This document shows positions 13,380 through 28,448 of a stretch of 64,000 bases of DNA, piece after piece. Origin of the DNA: Octopus bimaculoides. Lineage: Eukaryota. A program made the translations under genes and the position numbers. The notes beneath the pieces are model-generated. The model ran no database searches. It was not told the DNA's origin and saw nothing but the letters and a program-made list of their open reading frames with translations. The stretch is from NCBI RefSeq assembly GCF_001194135.2, contig NC_068986.1, positions 1,353,772 through 1,417,771 on the forward strand, given 5' to 3'. How positions within the stretch are numbered: the first letter of the stretch is position 1; each line of letters opens with the position of its first letter.

Positions 13380-14300
13380 TTTTGCTATGCTTGTATGGGT
13401 TGATTAGATTCATCAACACAGCACTTTGTCACTTGTTGTGATTCTATGATGTCACCTTTATGAGGTTCAGTATCAGTCTTTACTTCACGTCTTCTTTGGT
13501 CTTCATTTTCCACAGACTCCTTCCGTGGGATCTCTTTAGCTATATTCCTCCATATGCATCACATGTCCATACCAGAACAGGTTGCTTTCTTGCATACATC
13601 TGATTTTCTTTATATCCAGCTTTTCTCGCAATACATTTGGGGTTTACCGTTTGTGCACACTAACATTACACATAAAGCAGAGCTTGCTTGATTCATTTCT
13701 TTGCAGCTTTTTTCACCTCCTCCACATTCACTGCCTATGTTTTATTGCCATACAACATTACACTCTATACACAAGCATTGTATAATCTGCTCTTCACTCA
13801 CTGAGATAAATCACTAACTCTCTGAAGGTTCCCATTCTGTTTTTACTCTGGATTTTATGCTTTTGGAATACTCACCTCCACTGCTATATAGGTTACCTAG
13901 ATAAAAGAAGCTACCAACTCTTAATCATTTGAAAAAACATTTTGCAGATGCTCTTATTACTAACCACTCCTACCCACTTGCTACCTACAAACTTTCTCTT
14001 TTCTACCAGTTCAGGTATGATACCACTGCAACTCTAAGGCGCTCCCATGGATTACATTGGATACATCACATGAAGTTCTCAACTTACTCTTTTCCTGTAT
14101 ATCAAGTGTGAACACTTTTCCATTTCGCTATATTGTCCTATCTTCTTTCCTACTAACACAAATTTTTGTTGCTCTGAGTTTACTTTAAGGCCTTGGATTC
14201 TAGGTTTTGCTTCTGTCTTTGGAATTTCTGGTATTCTCCACCAGAAATTGTTAGTAAAAAACAGTGTGATTGGTTGAATGTTTTCCACAGGCCAACTACC
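13380..14300 (-). mobile_element. Heavily decayed RTE LINE 3' half in espin intron
   Basis: Reverse complement resembles the RTE tail and the CIQCNPW (PHD) region of the 58.8-59.7 kb copy. Confidence 0.5.
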
Positions 14301-14339
14301 AATGTAACATATTTCGGAATTTGAAAGTGACATATACAC

Positions 14340-14380
<41 letters not shown>

Positions 14381-15251
14381 CATGCATGCGTGCACATGTC
14401 TGTGTGTACCTTTGTGTGTGTGTGTATTTAACACATTCCTGTACACTAGAACAAATACAGTGTTTGCTGCAAAATTTTGTCTCTGAGAAAAAATGTTTCC
14501 TTATTTTTCCTTATAGACTCAGTGGACTACCTGACATAGTGTTTCAGTGTAGTTTTGCCTCCTCAGTATCATTTGGAGCTAAGCTAGAACATCTGTTCCT
14601 GTACAGAAAATAGATAACTATAGATTTGTTTCGTTTTGGGATTTGGTTTGCAAAGACATACAAAACTGAAATTAATTTCTTTGCAGTAGAATTTTGTCTC
14701 TGGGAATAATTTCTCTTAACAGACTTTGTGTTTGAAAAGACACCAAGCCAAGCCAAGCTCCAAGTATTGGAGCTCGGCTAGATGCGTTTTTCACACAAAA
14801 TCTATGGGGAGATATTTTTCTCTGAGAAAATCTTACTGCAAATGCTTTTCTCATTCTAGTGTTCAAAAATGTATTAAAAATAAATGTACACATCTTTACT
14901 TTGATTCATGCTGCTTTATGAAAGATTGTTTATAAGATATTTAGTTACACCATCTCACATACATTTCATTAACATAAGTGATTATAGGTTGCATAAGGCA
15001 GAATAAATAATCAGCACTTACTGTTAACTTGTCGGAGACATTTAACTATCATATGCAATACTATTAAATTGAAAAAATGATGGTAAATACTGTCACCTTT
15101 CCCCAAGTCCCCACTCACCTGGAGTAAAAATCAAGAGGATTCATGAAAAGAGATGATGAAAGACTGATAGTTGTAATGGAGTGGTAAGCTCTGCCTTTAT
15201 GTCTCTTTCTCACCCTAATTTCTCTCTCCCTTATGTGTACACACACACACA

Positions 15252-15302
<51 letters not shown>

Positions 15303-17079
15303 ACACACACTCAGTTGTAATGATGAAGTCAAACCAAATAGTGATATTTTGAATTGGTTTGGCTTTGTTATTACAGTGTATACAACTTGATGCCAGTACA
15401 AAGTAGCCAGTCCAGATTCCACTCATGCAGATCCTCAAACAATGATTTGGAGTAGTTTGTTATATTTGACATGAGTCAAAAATCCTGGTACCATGCACAG
15501 CTTCTAAGCATATATATTGGTTTGGTACTTCAAGCAGGAGAGATAGAACTCCAAATATGAGTATCAACATCATCATTATCATCTTCGTTATTTCATGCCC
15601 ATATTCTATACTGGCATAGAGTGGAGGGTTTGACTGGATCTGATGGGTCCAAAGACCAATAGTTTCTTTAGCATGGTGTTTATGACTGTTGCCCTTCCTA
15701 ATACCAACTATGTTACAGTGTGTACTGAATGTATTTTTGGATCATCAGCACTATTGAGGTGTCAAAAAGCTCACACATATATAAAAGATACAGATATAAA
15801 TATTGTAATATTGTACAACCGCTGCTTTCAATGACCTTATTTGGTACTACAGGCTATGTATAAGAAGGACTTATGCCAATTTTTAATGGATGGAGGAAAA
15901 TTTACTATGTGGCTAGTCCCTAGAGAGATAATTATTTTCTGATATTTTCTTTTATATGAAAAATATAAGATATTGTTTCCATATGTTATATTCATATTTG
16001 AATGAAAATTTATGATATCCATGAATTTTAAGTTGGTTATATTTAATTTACAGTAATTTGCTTCATCAAGCTTTGTTATGCAATGGTTGTAACATTAGGT
16101 TCAACTTGTTGTCCATGCAAAGTGTTCTTCAATCCAGAAATAAAATCCTTTCTGAGAAACCATTTATTTTTCCATCCGCCAATGCTGATTGCATGCTCTT
16201 CTAACCTATTCACAAATGAAATATGGCTTTTGTGGACCCATATTGTTAGCCAAGTAACATGCAAATCACTTTGAGATCTTTACACAACATCCATTCATAT
16301 TATTTCTTTCTTCTTTCTTTTTATGCGATCTTACAATTTCATTGGTTCCTTTTAAATGAACAAAACAAACTTCTGGCATGAATGTCTATATCACTCTTCA
16401 ACATTCAGTACCTAGCTTCCACACCAATTCCAAAATGTCTTTGGAAAAACAGAAGGACACTCTCTCATCATGAAAATTAAACAAAATCTTTCTCATACTT
16501 TCTGTATCAAGCAAAGACAGTGAATGCCTGCAGATTGTTTTCAAGCAGGTTAGACACCAAATGTTCTGTTGAATTTTGGGAGCAGATTCTGTCACCTGTT
16601 AAGTTGTTCAGCTGGGCTTATGTTAATGATTTATGCTCTCTTCAAGAATATTATCATTGTCTAAATTTAGATCTTAACCGGTATTATGATGATCCAGGCT
16701 GTTGAGTGGATGAGTAACTAGAATAAATAGATCAAAGAGTACAGATTTGATTACTGATGGAAGATCTGGGTACTAAAAGCTTTCTGTATTCTTAGAACTG
16801 TAACCTTGAACGTTGCATGCACAGAAGTTGTAGTCAGTGATAGGATTTCATGGTTCATATACCATCACGATTCTAAGAGCCAAATGTTTTCTTTTTACCA
16901 TGACTTCAGTATCTCAATGCAACTCTTATGTGACAAATCTGGTGTGGAACAACTTTTGTCATGATCTCCTACTTTTATTTTGAAGTAAGCATGATAAAAA
17001 AAAAAGGTTGATTAAAAACGTTTGTTACATCTTGTCTTTGCTTTTAGCAGCAGATATATCACTCACACACACACACACA

Positions 17080-17161
<82 letters not shown>

Positions 17162-19710
17162 NNNNNNNNNNNNNNNNNNNNNNNNNNNNNNNNNNNNNNN
17201 NNNNNNNNNNNNNNNNNNNNNNNNNNNNNNNNNNNNNNNNNNNNNNNNNNNNNNNNNNNNNNNNNNNNNNNNNNNNNNNNNNNNNNNNNNNNNNNNNNNN
17301 NNNNNNNNNNNNNNNNNNNNNNNNNNNNNNNNNNNNNNNNNNNNNNNNNNNNNNNNNNNNNNNNNNNNNNNNNNNNNNNNNNNTTTATGATTTTTCTCTA
17401 AAAATTCCTGAAATATAAAAACAAATGTAAATTATATTATTTAAAGCTAATGTGGTATTTAAGTTCACAAATATACATCAAAAAGTTTTATTGTACATTT
17501 TGTCAGTTAATGGGATAAGTGTTCAAAGAATGTATAAAAACTTAGGAAGATACAAAAAGGTTTCAGTAATAGCTATTAAACTGTGGATGGGGGCAGGCAA
17601 TGCAAATAGTTTTTTCTTTAATATGGCATTCCAAATAGCTTTAAAATCACTTCTCAAAATGAAAATGAAATTTAATGCAATCTGGTGTAATTTGTTTAAA
17701 GTTACATGATCCAATGTTCACAAAAAATAATTTGTCTCAAATTAGAATTAATTAACATTTTAATTTTTCTATCTTATTTAGATTTGAAATAAATATTTTA
17801 CAACAGAAGCAAATATTTTGTGGAATATAAAATATAAACCATGCAATTTTTTAATGAGAAAATAAATGGATTGAAGAAATTATATTCATCTATATTATGT
17901 TAGCAATATAGAAATAAAATGTATAATACACTTTTTTCATATTATGAATGTCTGCAAAGAGTAGAACAAAGAAATTATTGGGTGGTCAAAATATGACTCA
18001 GTTTTTATGTTGTTATTTTGTAGTTCAGATTAGCTTCTGTAGTATTTATTAATTAGAATCTAGACGAGTGTTTGTTTTTTTACTTTATTGATATCAATCT
18101 AAATTTTATTTTGGCTTAATATCTAAATTTCGCTATTTGAAATAGTGATAACAAAGATATTAACTATGGAGATAATAATTTATTTTCATAGAATAATCAT
18201 AAACCTAAACAATGGAGATTGAATAAACTGTTCTTTTATATGCCTGCATTTATTAATGGTTTGCTTTTATTTTGATGTTTAAACTGACTTGCATGTCTTG
18301 TAAAATTGATATCTGACAGTGTTAAAACCATAAACTTGTGATTTCCTATCCCATGCATTTGTTTTCTTATTTTCAAATTTATACCATGTTTTCATCAGAG
18401 GCTATATTTTGTGATTAGAATTAAAATGATTACAATGATGAAGATGGTGATGATAATAAAGTTATTGCTTACAAAGATCAATAGGAAGAAATGTACCCTC
18501 TTTGATGTTAACATGTCATTTGATAGCTGTATAAACTGATTGGTAACATGTCATTTGATGGCTGTACAAGCTAACTGTGAACCCATTGATACTAGAATAA
18601 CTAGAATTATAGAAATAAATTGTTTTGGTGGTTGGAGCAACAAACTAGTCCTCTTATTTTGTATTTTGTTTCCTTCCAAAGCCTGTCTTTCAGATAATTC
18701 AATTGATTGTCTTCATTAGATGATTACTCCATCCATTACTTTTAGAAGTCAGTTGCAGATTTTTGTATTTTCTAAATAAGTTGGTGATTGTCCTGTTTAG
18801 TTTTTCTGGTTGCTTTCAACAACATAGTGATGTTGACAACCATTTTGACGTAGATATAAGGTCTAGACTATCACACACATTTCTGCAGGTGCCTCAAAAG
18901 AACAACTGGTATGAATAAATCCATTTTCTGCATTTTTAATTACAGTAGCCTTGTATCTCATGAATTGACTAGGTTGGAAAAGTGAACCACAGAACTTTTA
19001 CTATAACTAATTTAGTCAGAAGAAAAAAGGAAGTAACCATAACCTTTTTAAGTTCTGCCAATCTGGTACGAGAAAATGATCCTCTAACTTGAGACCTGAA
19101 CCAAATGCTTGTGATGAAATGGATTCTATTCAATATATCCAATGACTTCATTGTGATATTAAACCAGGAAACTGATTAAGTCTTTTACTAAAGTGCAGAT
19201 CTGAGATCATCTGTGCTCTTTTGTATGTTTTTTTGGGGGGAATAGAAAATAAAAAAGCCTGTAATGCACCCTACATGCTTGGATGGGTTGTTTTGCTCTC
19301 TGTAAATAAGGATAAGGGGAACTCAGTTATCAACAAACAACAGCTTTAGGATAAGTTCTGTCTCTAGACTTTGTATGAACAGAGAAATAGTGGAAGTCAA
19401 AGATGCATTCCTCTACCTGGATCTTGAACATAGAAACTCTCTTTTGTATCATTGTCTGATACTAATAACATCAAATAACTGGAATTTAGGAAAAGATAGA
19501 GACATAAAGGAAATACAAACATTCCTATTGTAGTTAACTCAACTTTTCAGACTTCAACTAATTACTGGAAAAATACATCAACCAAACATTTTTTCCTGTT
19601 GACTCCTGGAGTTGTATTCACTTCCACATCTTCTCTGAGTTAGGTCCTGTTTCAAGATGTCACAGATATTTAATCTTGCAGCTAATGCTTTCATCAACCC
19701 GTATCCCTAA

Positions 19711-19757
<47 letters not shown>

Positions 19758-19786
19758 NNNNNNNNNNNNNNNNNNNNNNNNNNNNN

Positions 19787-19833
<47 letters not shown>

Positions 19834-20555
19834 CCTCTTTTGATTTCTTCTCCACTGAACAACCTCTATCTGTACATCAATGAAATTTCCAACCACACCA
19901 AATTAAGGTTTTCCACCACACATCTAAATAACTCACCTCACCCTGCCACAAACAGTTATATCTCATCAAGTCAGCTAATTGATTGAAACTAGACCAGTTC
20001 TAAGCTGCCTATGATTGCAAGCAGCAATCATACCTTGCCTGTCACTTATCCTGTACAGAATAAATGATGGCAGACCATCATGCTAGAAGTAGAAGCCAAA
20101 GCTTGCTCAAATCACATTTTACTAACTTAGGAAAAAAGCACATGCTTAACCTTTTTGATACCATCCTGGCAGAAACCACCTCTGGCTCTGTAGTAAAAAT
20201 GTCTTGTTTGCAGAAGTTCTGAAGTAAAATCTTCCACTAAACCTTTGTCACAATTTATGTTCCTAACACTAGCTTAATGATAACTAAGTTATTTTACTAA
20301 ATTCTTTGTTATATTTAAAATTAATTGAAAGCAACACAGAGTATCTCAACAGAAATATGGTAACAAAAGGGTTAAAATGGTTTTGGATTTCTTGCCCAAA
20401 GGAAGATAAGAGGTTTGTTAATGATGGAATCCCTTGGATTTTAATCTGCATAGTCAGAGCTGAACTTTGACTAAGCAACAACTGGAACTATTTTCTTTTA
20501 AATGTCTTTGCTCATTCCAGATACAACCAAAGTCTGTTACCTAAGACTCTCCAAC

Positions 20556-20864
20556 TAGTTCACATGTAGCTGTGTTGCCTAAGTAATTCACATATAGCTG
20601 TGTTGCATAAGTAATTCACATGTAGCTATACTACATAAACCACATGTTGCTCTGTGACTATAGTTGTTCACAGATAACTGTATGACTGCAGTAGTTTTCA
20701 TGTGACTGTGTTACCACAGTAGTTCACGTGCAACTGTATTACTGCAGTGGTTCATATGTAGCTATATTGCTACATTAGTTCACATGCAGCTGTTGTTGCT
20801 ATGGTAGCTCACATGTAGTTTTGTTGCTGCAGCAATTCACATGTAGCTATGTTGTAGTAGTTCA
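20556..20864. repeat. Degenerate ~28-bp minisatellite, about 11 copies
   Basis: Unit approximately tagttcacatgtagctgtgttgc.(a/g)cag. Confidence 0.85.
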
Positions 20865-21763
20865 GGCACCAAACAAGACCAACAACAAATGAAAGAAAAT
20901 TTCTCCCATTTCCCCCCCCTTCCACCAATTCCTGTAATACTACCCTCTGAAAAGGTAAAAATCAATGCCTCCATGCTGGGCCATCTTAGCAGCATTTTAG
21001 GTCCTTGGCCAAATCATGCACTAGGCCCTACAGTATTTATCTATTGACAGAAATCCACAGCATGGGCAGATCAGTATTGGGCTCCTAGACCCATGGCGTC
21101 CCCGTATGGCAGTCCAGTGTGCCCATGTCCTAAGATAACACTGCTTTCATGCATGGCTCAACCTGCAATCTTTCCCACCTCCAGTTGCATCCTTCTGAAA
21201 ATTTTCTCTAAATTTACAGACTTACATAACTCCTTGACCTACATGACTCTATAAGCAGTTTGCCCATGGACGGACCTTTCATGTATGCTACCCACTTTGC
21301 ACCCAGGGCACGCACTTGATAAAATCCCTTCCAATTTTTTCTTATCCACTCCATCAATCTCACCACTACATACCAAGTACAGAAACACTTCTTGCTGTTC
21401 TAAAATACAAAACCATAGGTTTTTAAAGTGTTTTAGATGAAATCCTTCCATAAAATTTTATGTTAATTTATGTTCCAAATTCCAACTTAATAATAATAAA
21501 ATTGTTTTAATAAACTTATTTTATTAAATTCTTTATTATTTTCAAAATTAATTGAAAAGTAAAAGTAGCATATTTCAACAGAAACGTGATAACAAAAGGG
21601 TTAATTTAATTTCCCTCATAAGTCTCATTTGGGTGATATATTACATTTAAAAGTTAGTTGATATTTTAAACTTTTATTTAATATGGTAAATTTTGATTAG
21701 TAAAATAGAATAAATTAAATTATTTTTTTAATTAGAATATATGTATATCATATTAGAATATAT

Positions 21764-21794
21764 ATGCTTTGATATATATTTCTAATTAATATTA

Positions 21795-21828
<34 letters not shown>

Positions 21829-21859
21829 TAATATTAATTAGGAATATGTATCAAAGCAT
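21764..21859. repeat. 96-bp AT-rich palindrome centred on (AT)n
   Basis: atgctttgatatatatttctaattaatattatgat-(AT)n-atcataatattaattaggaatatgtatcaaagcat; 2 mismatches. Confidence 0.92.
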
Positions 21860-24800
21860 TACCCTGTTAGTTTTCCTTATTTTCTATAGAGTGTGTGTAT
21901 ATAAGCCACTGGCAATTAAACTTTAATGTTTTAAAACTGTGAAATGTTAAATCAATAGATATAATTAATAAATATATAGATAATTTGCTTGTAATATTTT
22001 CTCTCTTGATTTTCATTTGATTGTTCATTTTCTATAAAAACTCTTTAAAATAATCTAATGTTCTTTTAAAGTAGTTATATTTATCGTTCATGTGAAAAAT
22101 GAAGCTTTTGTTAATGTGTTAAAGTTTAATTATGTATGTGTTTATGTGTGTGTGTGTGTTAAATGTTTATTACAAATTAACAAATAGTGAAAAAAAGATG
22201 GCAAAATAATGCCTTGTGATATTTATATATCATAGAATTAAATTAATATGTAGTTCTCTTGCCTCCAAAATAAAAACACAACACTATAGAATTGCTCCAG
22301 TAGTATTATGTTGTTTATTTTTTTTTTATTATTACCATTGATTTCCTTTTTTTATTTCCTGTCAGATTTTCTTAAAAAGACTATTATTATTATAAGAAAT
22401 TAAAACTTTTACTGCAATTAGCAGAGATGTAAAATGTAATCAGAATTCTAATTTGTTGATTAAAAAAAAGAAAAAAAAGAATCGCATTTCCTTTTGCAGT
22501 GATATTAATTTTTAGTGTTTGAATTGCTTTCAATTCCTTTTGTAGGTCTTTGCTGGCATTCCTCACACCACCTTCTAGGTCAGCTATATTCTCGTGATAT
22601 TTGTTTGCTTGGAATGGAAAATACATTTGTTTTGCTTTCTTTTGCAATAATTTTATATTGTGGCAATAATTTTTTTATTTTTTGCTGTTGACATTTAGCT
22701 TTTATTTGGCTCCTTTTTCCTTATTGTTCTTTGTTTCCCCAATGATTACCTACCCTTCTTTTATTTCTTCAATGATTACATCCCTTCCTTTTTTTCTTTT
22801 CTTTTCTTTTTGCTTTCAGCGTCTTCATTTGCTTTTCATCTATTATTAGTTTAACACACACACACATAGAATATATATTAAATACACATAAACTCTTGAA
22901 CTAAACTGTACTTGTATGGTTTGAAAATTATGATGGTTGTTGTAGTTTTAGAATAGTTCAGAAGGTCTGGTGAAATGTAATTAACACCTAATTTCTAATT
23001 CCTTCACCCTAATGAAGAGTAGGATCCTTACTTAAGTAACTAAACAAATTAGACTCAAGCCAAAAATATTGTTCTAATATAGTTTAATTTAAAATTATAA
23101 TTATGAATATCTATCTGAACTGGTCTCATCAAATTCTTTGAATAAATTTATGAGTTTTGATGTATCTTTCTTATAGTCAGGTCTGTGTTTCCACAGTTTC
23201 AATATTATTGATTATGTAAAACATTGAAGTTGTACTATTTTTATTGTACACTGACATATACAGACTAGTGTCCTAATATTGGTTGTTGTAGTCACTATGT
23301 TTTGGCTGTAGTACCTTCCAGTCATCCTCAGGTGTCTGTCATATTTGCTACTATTCTTGGGATTTCATTTTAAAATTCTAAGAACATTATTGAAAACAGC
23401 AAGCATCTAAGGAATGTTGTTAGGTTTTATGACCGAAATGTTGTGTCCATAAGAAGCAAGTTGAGGACACGAGGTAGAATAGGTCAGTGTTTAATAATAA
23501 TAATTTCTCATCTCAGAAATTCAAAGGAAATTAGTTTTATTTCATTTTACCCCCAAAATTACATTTTCAATGACTTACTCAGAAGAAGACCTCTATAACT
23601 GGTGGAAGGAAGAGTGGGAAATGTTTTTGAAGCAAAGACCTGGCCAGGGTGCTTGTAACAGTGTACTCTGCTAAAGGCAACCAGATGTCAGGCGGAGATG
23701 TTAAATTAGAAAATAAGTTTATTCCACACTTCTAAACAGGAATTGTCTCTTTTGCTGGGTTCTACATACTTTCTCTTACCCAATTTCACTCATAAGACTT
23801 TGGTTAACCTTCGACTATGATAGAAGTTACTTGTCCATGTTGCTGCTGTCCAGTTTAAAATAACTCTTTCTCACATAACTTCTCTTCCACACATCCATTC
23901 CTTCATATAGAAAATATGTTCCCTTAGGTGGTTTCTTTTATTTTCAAAAATGCTAAATGTTTTTGTTTGTTTTTTATGCTTTGGGAAAAATTCTAACAGA
24001 AACACAAGACTGTTGACAAAAATATCCTTAAATTGAATCTGATTAAGAAAGTGGTAAAAGTAGAAACAGATATATTGTAGTGTTTGGGGTTCCTAGAGTT
24101 TTCTGGCATTTTTCTGTCATTTCTTTAAATTAGATAAAAATATCTTAAAATAGCTGACACCGAATCAAACGTATCTTGTTTAATGTGTTGCATTTATGGA
24201 ACCAAATGTTAGCAAATGTCACTGCTGTACACTTAGACATCAACAAGACTTTTCCTCTATCAGCAACGCAATATAGTTAGAAACATATCAAATAGTTGCA
24301 AATTATTATGCTGGATAAATTACATGCAGTGTATCATAATTGGTGGAGAATGCTCAGCTGAGCAAAGTCATGAGTTATGTTCTCTAAGGAACTATACTGA
24401 GTATCAGGCACAATTCAATTTGACTATACACCTGGAAGATGTAAAAGCAGCTGGCTACATGGTTTTATGTTTACAGTTTACAGATTAACAGAAACGATGT
24501 TGTCTTCAGCCATAAACTCAAAACCACATGATCACCCACTTTTACCTACTCAAGTATATTCACGGGTTCAAAGGATTAAGTAATCCTGCTAGCCTACTAC
24601 AGCTATGTCATCCACTTTTGCTGTAATCAATTTATCAGATCCTCAGTTTCTCATTAATGAGTCAATGAACTAACATGAGCTTTATTTTTTTTCTGTAGTA
24701 AATAAAATAAAGTGTCCTTGAAGCACTTCAGTCGATATATATAATCAACTATATACCTTCCTTCAAACTTGCACCTAAGTTAAAAATCAATATTTGGTAT

Positions 24801-25663
24801 ATCTATGGTTTGACAGAGTGGCAGAAATGGTAAAGTGCCATATTAAATTACAATGTTTAATTATTGACATCCTCTTAATATTCTCAAATTAAATCATGCT
24901 ACTTCAACAAGAACAGTAAAGGCTAATCTTCTGGAGGAAGTCAGAATAAGGCCAAAATATGTCTAGAGTTGTCTTCCATACTTGCCAAAGAAAGGAAAAT
25001 AATATTGATCATTGGCTAATATTGATATTATCTCATCCCTTTATTAGTAAATGTTAATATGTCACTTATCATTTTTCATACATTTCTTTCTTTTTTTATA
25101 TACATATTTAAGAATTATGAATTATAGGTAGATAACTTATACCAGGGTGAAGGGTGACAAGTTCTAATAAGCACTTTGTGGGAAGAATCATATGCAAAAT
25201 TCTTTAAAAAATATATTTCTTACAATTTAGTGGTATTACTTTGTATAGTAAGAAAATGTGGGGAAAATGGAAAAATTGTCATGTGAGGAAAATGGGAAAA
25301 TTTGATGGTGATGCATAATTTGCAAACAATATTACACATTTTTCTGAAAATATTAGATAGAAATTGGTTTAATAAATTTTATAAGGAAACTCTTAATTAA
25401 AAAAAATATGCTTAATCCTGTAATTTTCAGTATATTTTGTTGTTTTTTTTTTTTTCATGGGTATTTTATCTTTTCATATTATATACCCATATTATATACC
25501 CATAGAAATGTGTTCATAATCTTGATATGTCTTGGTAAATATCTTTGGTATGTTTCAAAATTATTCAAATATTGTTTCTTTATTCATAAATATACATTAA
25601 TCTTGTAAGACTGATTGTATTAATGTATTCTATTTAGGTTTTCCTGAACTGAAAGTGTAGAAG

Positions 25664-25955
<292 letters not shown>

Positions 25956-27022
25956 TTTAGGCAGTGAGCTGACAGAATTGTTGTCATGCTGAGTAAAATG
26001 CTTACTGGTATTTCGCCTGTCACTATGTTCTCAGTTCAAATTCCACCAAGGTTGACTTTGCCTTTCATCCTTTCGGGATCGATAAAATAAGTACCAGTTG
26101 TTGTAATCAACTCATCCTTTCCCTCCAGATTGCTGCCCTTGTGGCAAAATTGAAACCATTCTTATCATTATTATTAGATTAATGATTATGGTTTTTAGGT
26201 GTTTTATCAATAATTAGGTTTTAGAAAAGAAAACATTTTTTAAATATTTAATTTCTTCTATTTTATATTCTATTAATTGTAATTTAATTCTTATTAGTTA
26301 TTGGACACTAAGTTTGTTATTATTGTTAATACCCATAGAATAGTCTCAGTAATCTCTGTTGGGGACACTTGGGAATCTAACTGGAAATATAACTGGGTCC
26401 TACTGATAGGACCCTGTAGAGGAGGTGCCTGAGGATTCCACCCCAACAACCCTCCCAGGAATAGGGGACAGAAAAGATGGACGGTTGAGAATATAAGGAT
26501 AGTGGCAAAATCAGTTGAATGATACAAAATATTTTGTGGTATCTAATTACATATCTCAATGCTCTGAGTTCAAATCCTGCTGTGATCAACTTTGCTATTC
26601 ATCCTTTTGGGGTTGATAAAATGTACACCAGTTGAGTACTGAGATTGACTTAACTGGCTATGTCCACCTTCTACATTTGAATCCTTATGTTAGAAACAAA
26701 TATTATGTAACCTGAAGTTAGTACTAAACTAAAAGCAAAATATGTCATATTTTGCACCATTCAGATTTTCTAATCTGAGTGCAATCTGAACATCTATGGT
26801 CATGAACCTTCAGCCTTCTTCAGAGCCACATGCATTTTCTAGTTTATTCAAATTGAACCTCGATATTCCAATATGTATAAAGCATTAGAAAATATCAAAT
26901 AATTATGATTAAATTAAGTAATTAAGCAAAAAATATTACAGGTTAACTAACATTATTCTCTGGTCAAGCAATTCCAGATTCTTAACCATTGTCAGTGGAA
27001 GTATAGCTTTTATCATTCCTTG

Positions 27023-27073
<51 letters not shown>

Positions 27074-27904
27074 TAAAGCTGGAAAATGAAATTAGAAAAA
27101 ATATATTTGTTTATAATCATTTATTTATTCTTCAGTTTCATTTAAATTTAGTTGTTCTAGGATAAAATTATTGTATTTTTATTTATGTCTATTTTTTTTT
27201 TAAACTCTTGAACTTTTAAATGTGGTTGATTCCTTTGCTGGTACCAAGAAAGAGATATTTATTCTCTATTATTTCTGTAATTTTAGGTAATAAATAAGAT
27301 TTATAATTTCTCAAAGAAAATGTAAAAAAAAACGTCTTGTAATTGTGTCTACAGAAATTTTTTTTTGCATCTTTTTTTTTTTCTCTGTCATTCCAATGTC
27401 TTTCACATACTAATTTTTGGCCAAAGATGATGAAGTTTGAGATTTATAGTAGGTAAAGTTCAGTTTGAAGACTTCAAATAGATAAAAGAAAAATTTTCCA
27501 CCTGACAGCAAGTGTCTTCATCAATTTTCTTCTGTTTGATTTATATAATCAGAGTTATTCATTCACTCAAAACATTTTTATTTACTCTTTGAACTCTCTC
27601 ACAATTATCAAGATGTCTTCTATTCCATAAGAAGAAACAAATTCCTGCAAAAGTTGCATTTTAGAGCATTAATATTTATCTTTTTTAAAGTCAACTACTT
27701 CATAATAGCTTCCTTTAAAGTTATTTATCTCAAGTTCTTTTATTTTTTCATGTTTGTTTCTATTACAACATTAATACAACAATTTCTTTAGATATTTTCA
27801 AGGTATTTTTTGGAATTGCTTTTCTTTTTTGTCATTGTTTTTTTGTGTATGTTCTCATGTGCTTTTGTTTTACTGTTAATTATTTTTATTTTTTAAAGTT
27901 CCAG

Positions 27905-28448
27905 AAATTCACTGGGTTTCACTGTCAACGAAGCTAAAATGAACAGTCCGAGCAGAGCATCGATTCCAAACGCTTCCCCTGGAAGCTCCAGTGCTGATCT
28001 AATTGCAGAGATCACTGCAAAAGGAAAGTCTACTTTGAAGAGAACTCCACGACCAGAGCCTACTGTGATGATGTACACTGAAAAAGGCATGGTCCCTGTA
28101 ACAACTACCTCACCATTGTCAGCTGCAGTTTCTCCTACATATTCAACTGCAGCACCAACGACAACAACCACTACCACAACAACAACAACAGATATTAGCA
28201 CTTCTTCTAACAACAACAACAGTACTGTAACCAGTATTACTACTACCACTACTACCACTCGTAGTAGTAGTAATATCAAGTTGAATGACACAAGGACAAA
28301 TCCTACAACAAATTTCTCACCAAATGTATCAGCAAACACAAGCCATGTCATTACTGCCAGCACGCCTATTGCCACAATCACCAACAACACCAGTGAGGCA
28401 CCAACCCCAGTGCCAGCAGTTGCTCCACAGCTGCTGCCTAAAGCAAAG
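27905..28448 (+). CDS. ESPN: Espin/forked-like gene, WH2 exon plus Thr-rich linker (phase 2 to 0)
   Basis: Acceptor ccag| (alternative aaag| giving start 27899). SADLIAEITAKGKSTLKRT resembles the espin WH2 motif (ELLAEIKAGKSLKPT). Internal donor gcaaag|gtagga at 28449 is phase 0, matching the exon at 35107. Confidence 0.9.

Noticed and set aside
14455-14845. Short direct and inverted similarities (gcagtagaattttgtctctg...)
   Set aside because: Too degenerate to define termini; probably a MITE relic.
20556-20864. CRISPR-like array
   Set aside because: Eukaryotic context, no unique spacers, degenerate contiguous units.
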